A stretch of DNA of 61,199 nt, counting the filler, from Globobulimina sp. (Eukaryota): the NCBI GenBank assembly GCA_003354225.1. It is 16 parts of 16 records of this genome, joined end to end, with 100 filler letters (N's around TTAATTAATTAA, not from the genome) between each part and the next. Parts side by side here need not be neighbours in the genome. Positions count along the whole stretch, not along the records: positions 57,473 to 61,199 come from PIVH01002190.1; 15 more parts are not named here. One strand, given 5' to 3'. The notes under the pieces are model-generated. The model was given only the letters and a program-made list of their open reading frames with translations. It made no database searches and was not told the origin of the DNA. Shown one piece after another: positions 60,135 through 61,199 of this stretch. Within the stretch, counting starts at the first letter, position 1. Every line of letters begins with the position of its first letter. Position numbers and translations under genes: made by a program.

Positions 60135-60786
60135 AAACTACGAAAATGGATTATTTCCATTCAATAAATTGATTCAAAATTTTAACTTCCCGATCGATCC
60201 AATTTTGCATCGCCAATTTCTTTCATTTCACTCAAAAAATATTGTTTAAAATAATTCCTTAAATATTTCCTTACACTCATCACTAACCGATGTCGAACAG
60301 GGCAATTTGTGGTTCATTGAATTTCACAAACATATGCGTCGCAACACGGTTCTCTGCCTAATCTAGATTGCCTGGCTGAGCGGGACCGAAAGTTTAGCTG
60401 ACACATATTTGCCATTTGCTGAGATAATTACATAGCCATAGAAATGTTGCCCGATTTGAGAGACATAATTACATCTTAGATTTGAGAGACACTTTGAAAT
60501 ATTCATTGCAACGCTACAATAATGAGTCAGACTCAAAGACAAACGAGAAATGGAACGAATCGATCAGGACTGCATTTACGCTACGGACATTTGATACAGT
60601 GATGAGAGAGGAAACATTGTTGACAGTGGCCACTATGTTGGGCAATGGTGGGACACACATTGTGGGAGTGATGGGCGATGACAATGAACCGCGCTGAATA
60701 TTATAATCGCTGATATGTGATCACCAATAAATGGACAATTTAATTAAAATTTCAGTTCGGAAAAATGCAAAACTATTAAATATGCT

Positions 60787-60859
60787 AGCCAGCAGCGGGA
60801 TTTGAACCCGCGACCCCCTGCTTACGAAGCAGGTGCAATAACCGCTATGCTATGCTGGC
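60787..60859 (-). tRNA. tRNA-Thr(CGT)
   Basis: GCCAGCA/TGCTGGC acceptor, D-arm, CCTGC-TTCGTAA-GCAGG anticodon arm, GCGGG-TTCAAAT-CCCGC T-arm; no encoded CCA. Confidence 0.93.
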
Positions 60860-60870
60860 ATGGTGCGTAT

Positions 60871-60921
60871 TGGAGAACCGGGTTTCGATTCCAGTGCCTC
60901 AACGTTGCTAACGTTACGCTC
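60871..60921 (-). pseudogene. 5'-truncated tRNA-Ala(AGC) fragment
   Basis: AACG-TTAGCAA-CGTT anticodon arm, eukaryotic Ala-type ATCGAAA T-loop, 3' TTCTCCA; acceptor 5' strand and most of the D-arm are absent. Confidence 0.7.
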
Positions 60922-60979
60922 ACATAAATATCACCAAATTTTTACCATTTTACATTCTCAATTCATTCATGTGTTGTCG

Positions 60980-61049
60980 AGGCCGCCTCAGGGATTGAAC
61001 CTGAATCTTCCGGATCATACATCCAGCGCTCTACTTGAGCTAGGCGATA
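60980..61049 (-). pseudogene. tRNA-like element with 5-nt D-loop and non-canonical anticodon loop (TGTATGA)
   Basis: TATCGCC-TA-GCTC-AAGTA-GAGC-G-CTGGA-TGTATGA-TCCGG-AAGAT-TCAGG-TTCAATC-CCTGA-GGCGGCC. Confidence 0.7.
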
Positions 61050-61199
61050 ATCCATATGCATACCAATTGCAATCAAATTCGGAAGGAAAATCGGTTAATA
61101 ATAAAATGTTAATGGTTCCCGATGAAACACAACCTTTAAGAATTCAATTTTGACTTTCAATGTTTTTATTTTGAATAATCTGTAAAAAACTGTAAATTC

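Noticed and set aside
60330-60402. GC-richer patch with palindrome AATCTAGATT as a further tRNA or snRNA
   Set aside because: No cloverleaf or recognisable snRNA structure could be built

Overview
This window is not one locus. It is 16 unrelated assembly contigs of about 3.73 kb each, sorted by descending length (3737 to 3727 bp) and joined by an artificial 100-nt spacer (N44-TTAATTAATTAA-N44). Gene neighbourhoods therefore mean something only within a contig: 1-3737, 3838-7573, 7674-11407, 11508-15240, 15341-19073, 19174-22906, 23007-26737, 26838-30567, 30668-34397, 34498-38227, 38328-42057, 42158-45886, 45987-49715, 49816-53544, 53645-57372, 57473-61199. Almost all of it is AT-rich, gene-dense eukaryotic nuclear DNA with short GT-AG introns (mostly about 55-120 nt). 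It looks like a protist, most likely a foraminiferan; that assignment is my inference from style and is not shown by a marker gene. Recognisable genes include a C2/inositol 5-phosphatase, ABCF ATPase, DUF5054/GH38-like hydrolase, MFS transporter, B-type cyclin, CEP70-like protein, CPA2 antiporter, two-pore-channel C-terminus, DGAT2, CRYL1-like dehydrogenase, FKBP, REJ-GPS receptor, LIM protein, anoctamin, divergent actin, MYND, DUF1761, BAH protein and tRNA-Thr(CGT). About 1.26 kb of bacterial DNA (TIR and PilZ genes) is fused to eukaryotic DNA in contig 5. The main leads are: (1) five 3'-end copies on five contigs of an apparent RNase H-ending retroelement family that terminates TGA-ATTTTGTCC-(TAC)n; (2) a contig that closes into a 3611-bp circle; (3) a short G[FY]IR...P.[ED]I..LI..F module in four unrelated proteins, including an insertion inside actin; (4) an ABCF with a W2-like tail; (5) a two-pore channel with a DEP domain; (6) a two-copy family of tRNA-like elements with a shrunken D-loop; (7) patchwork templated duplications at junctions.
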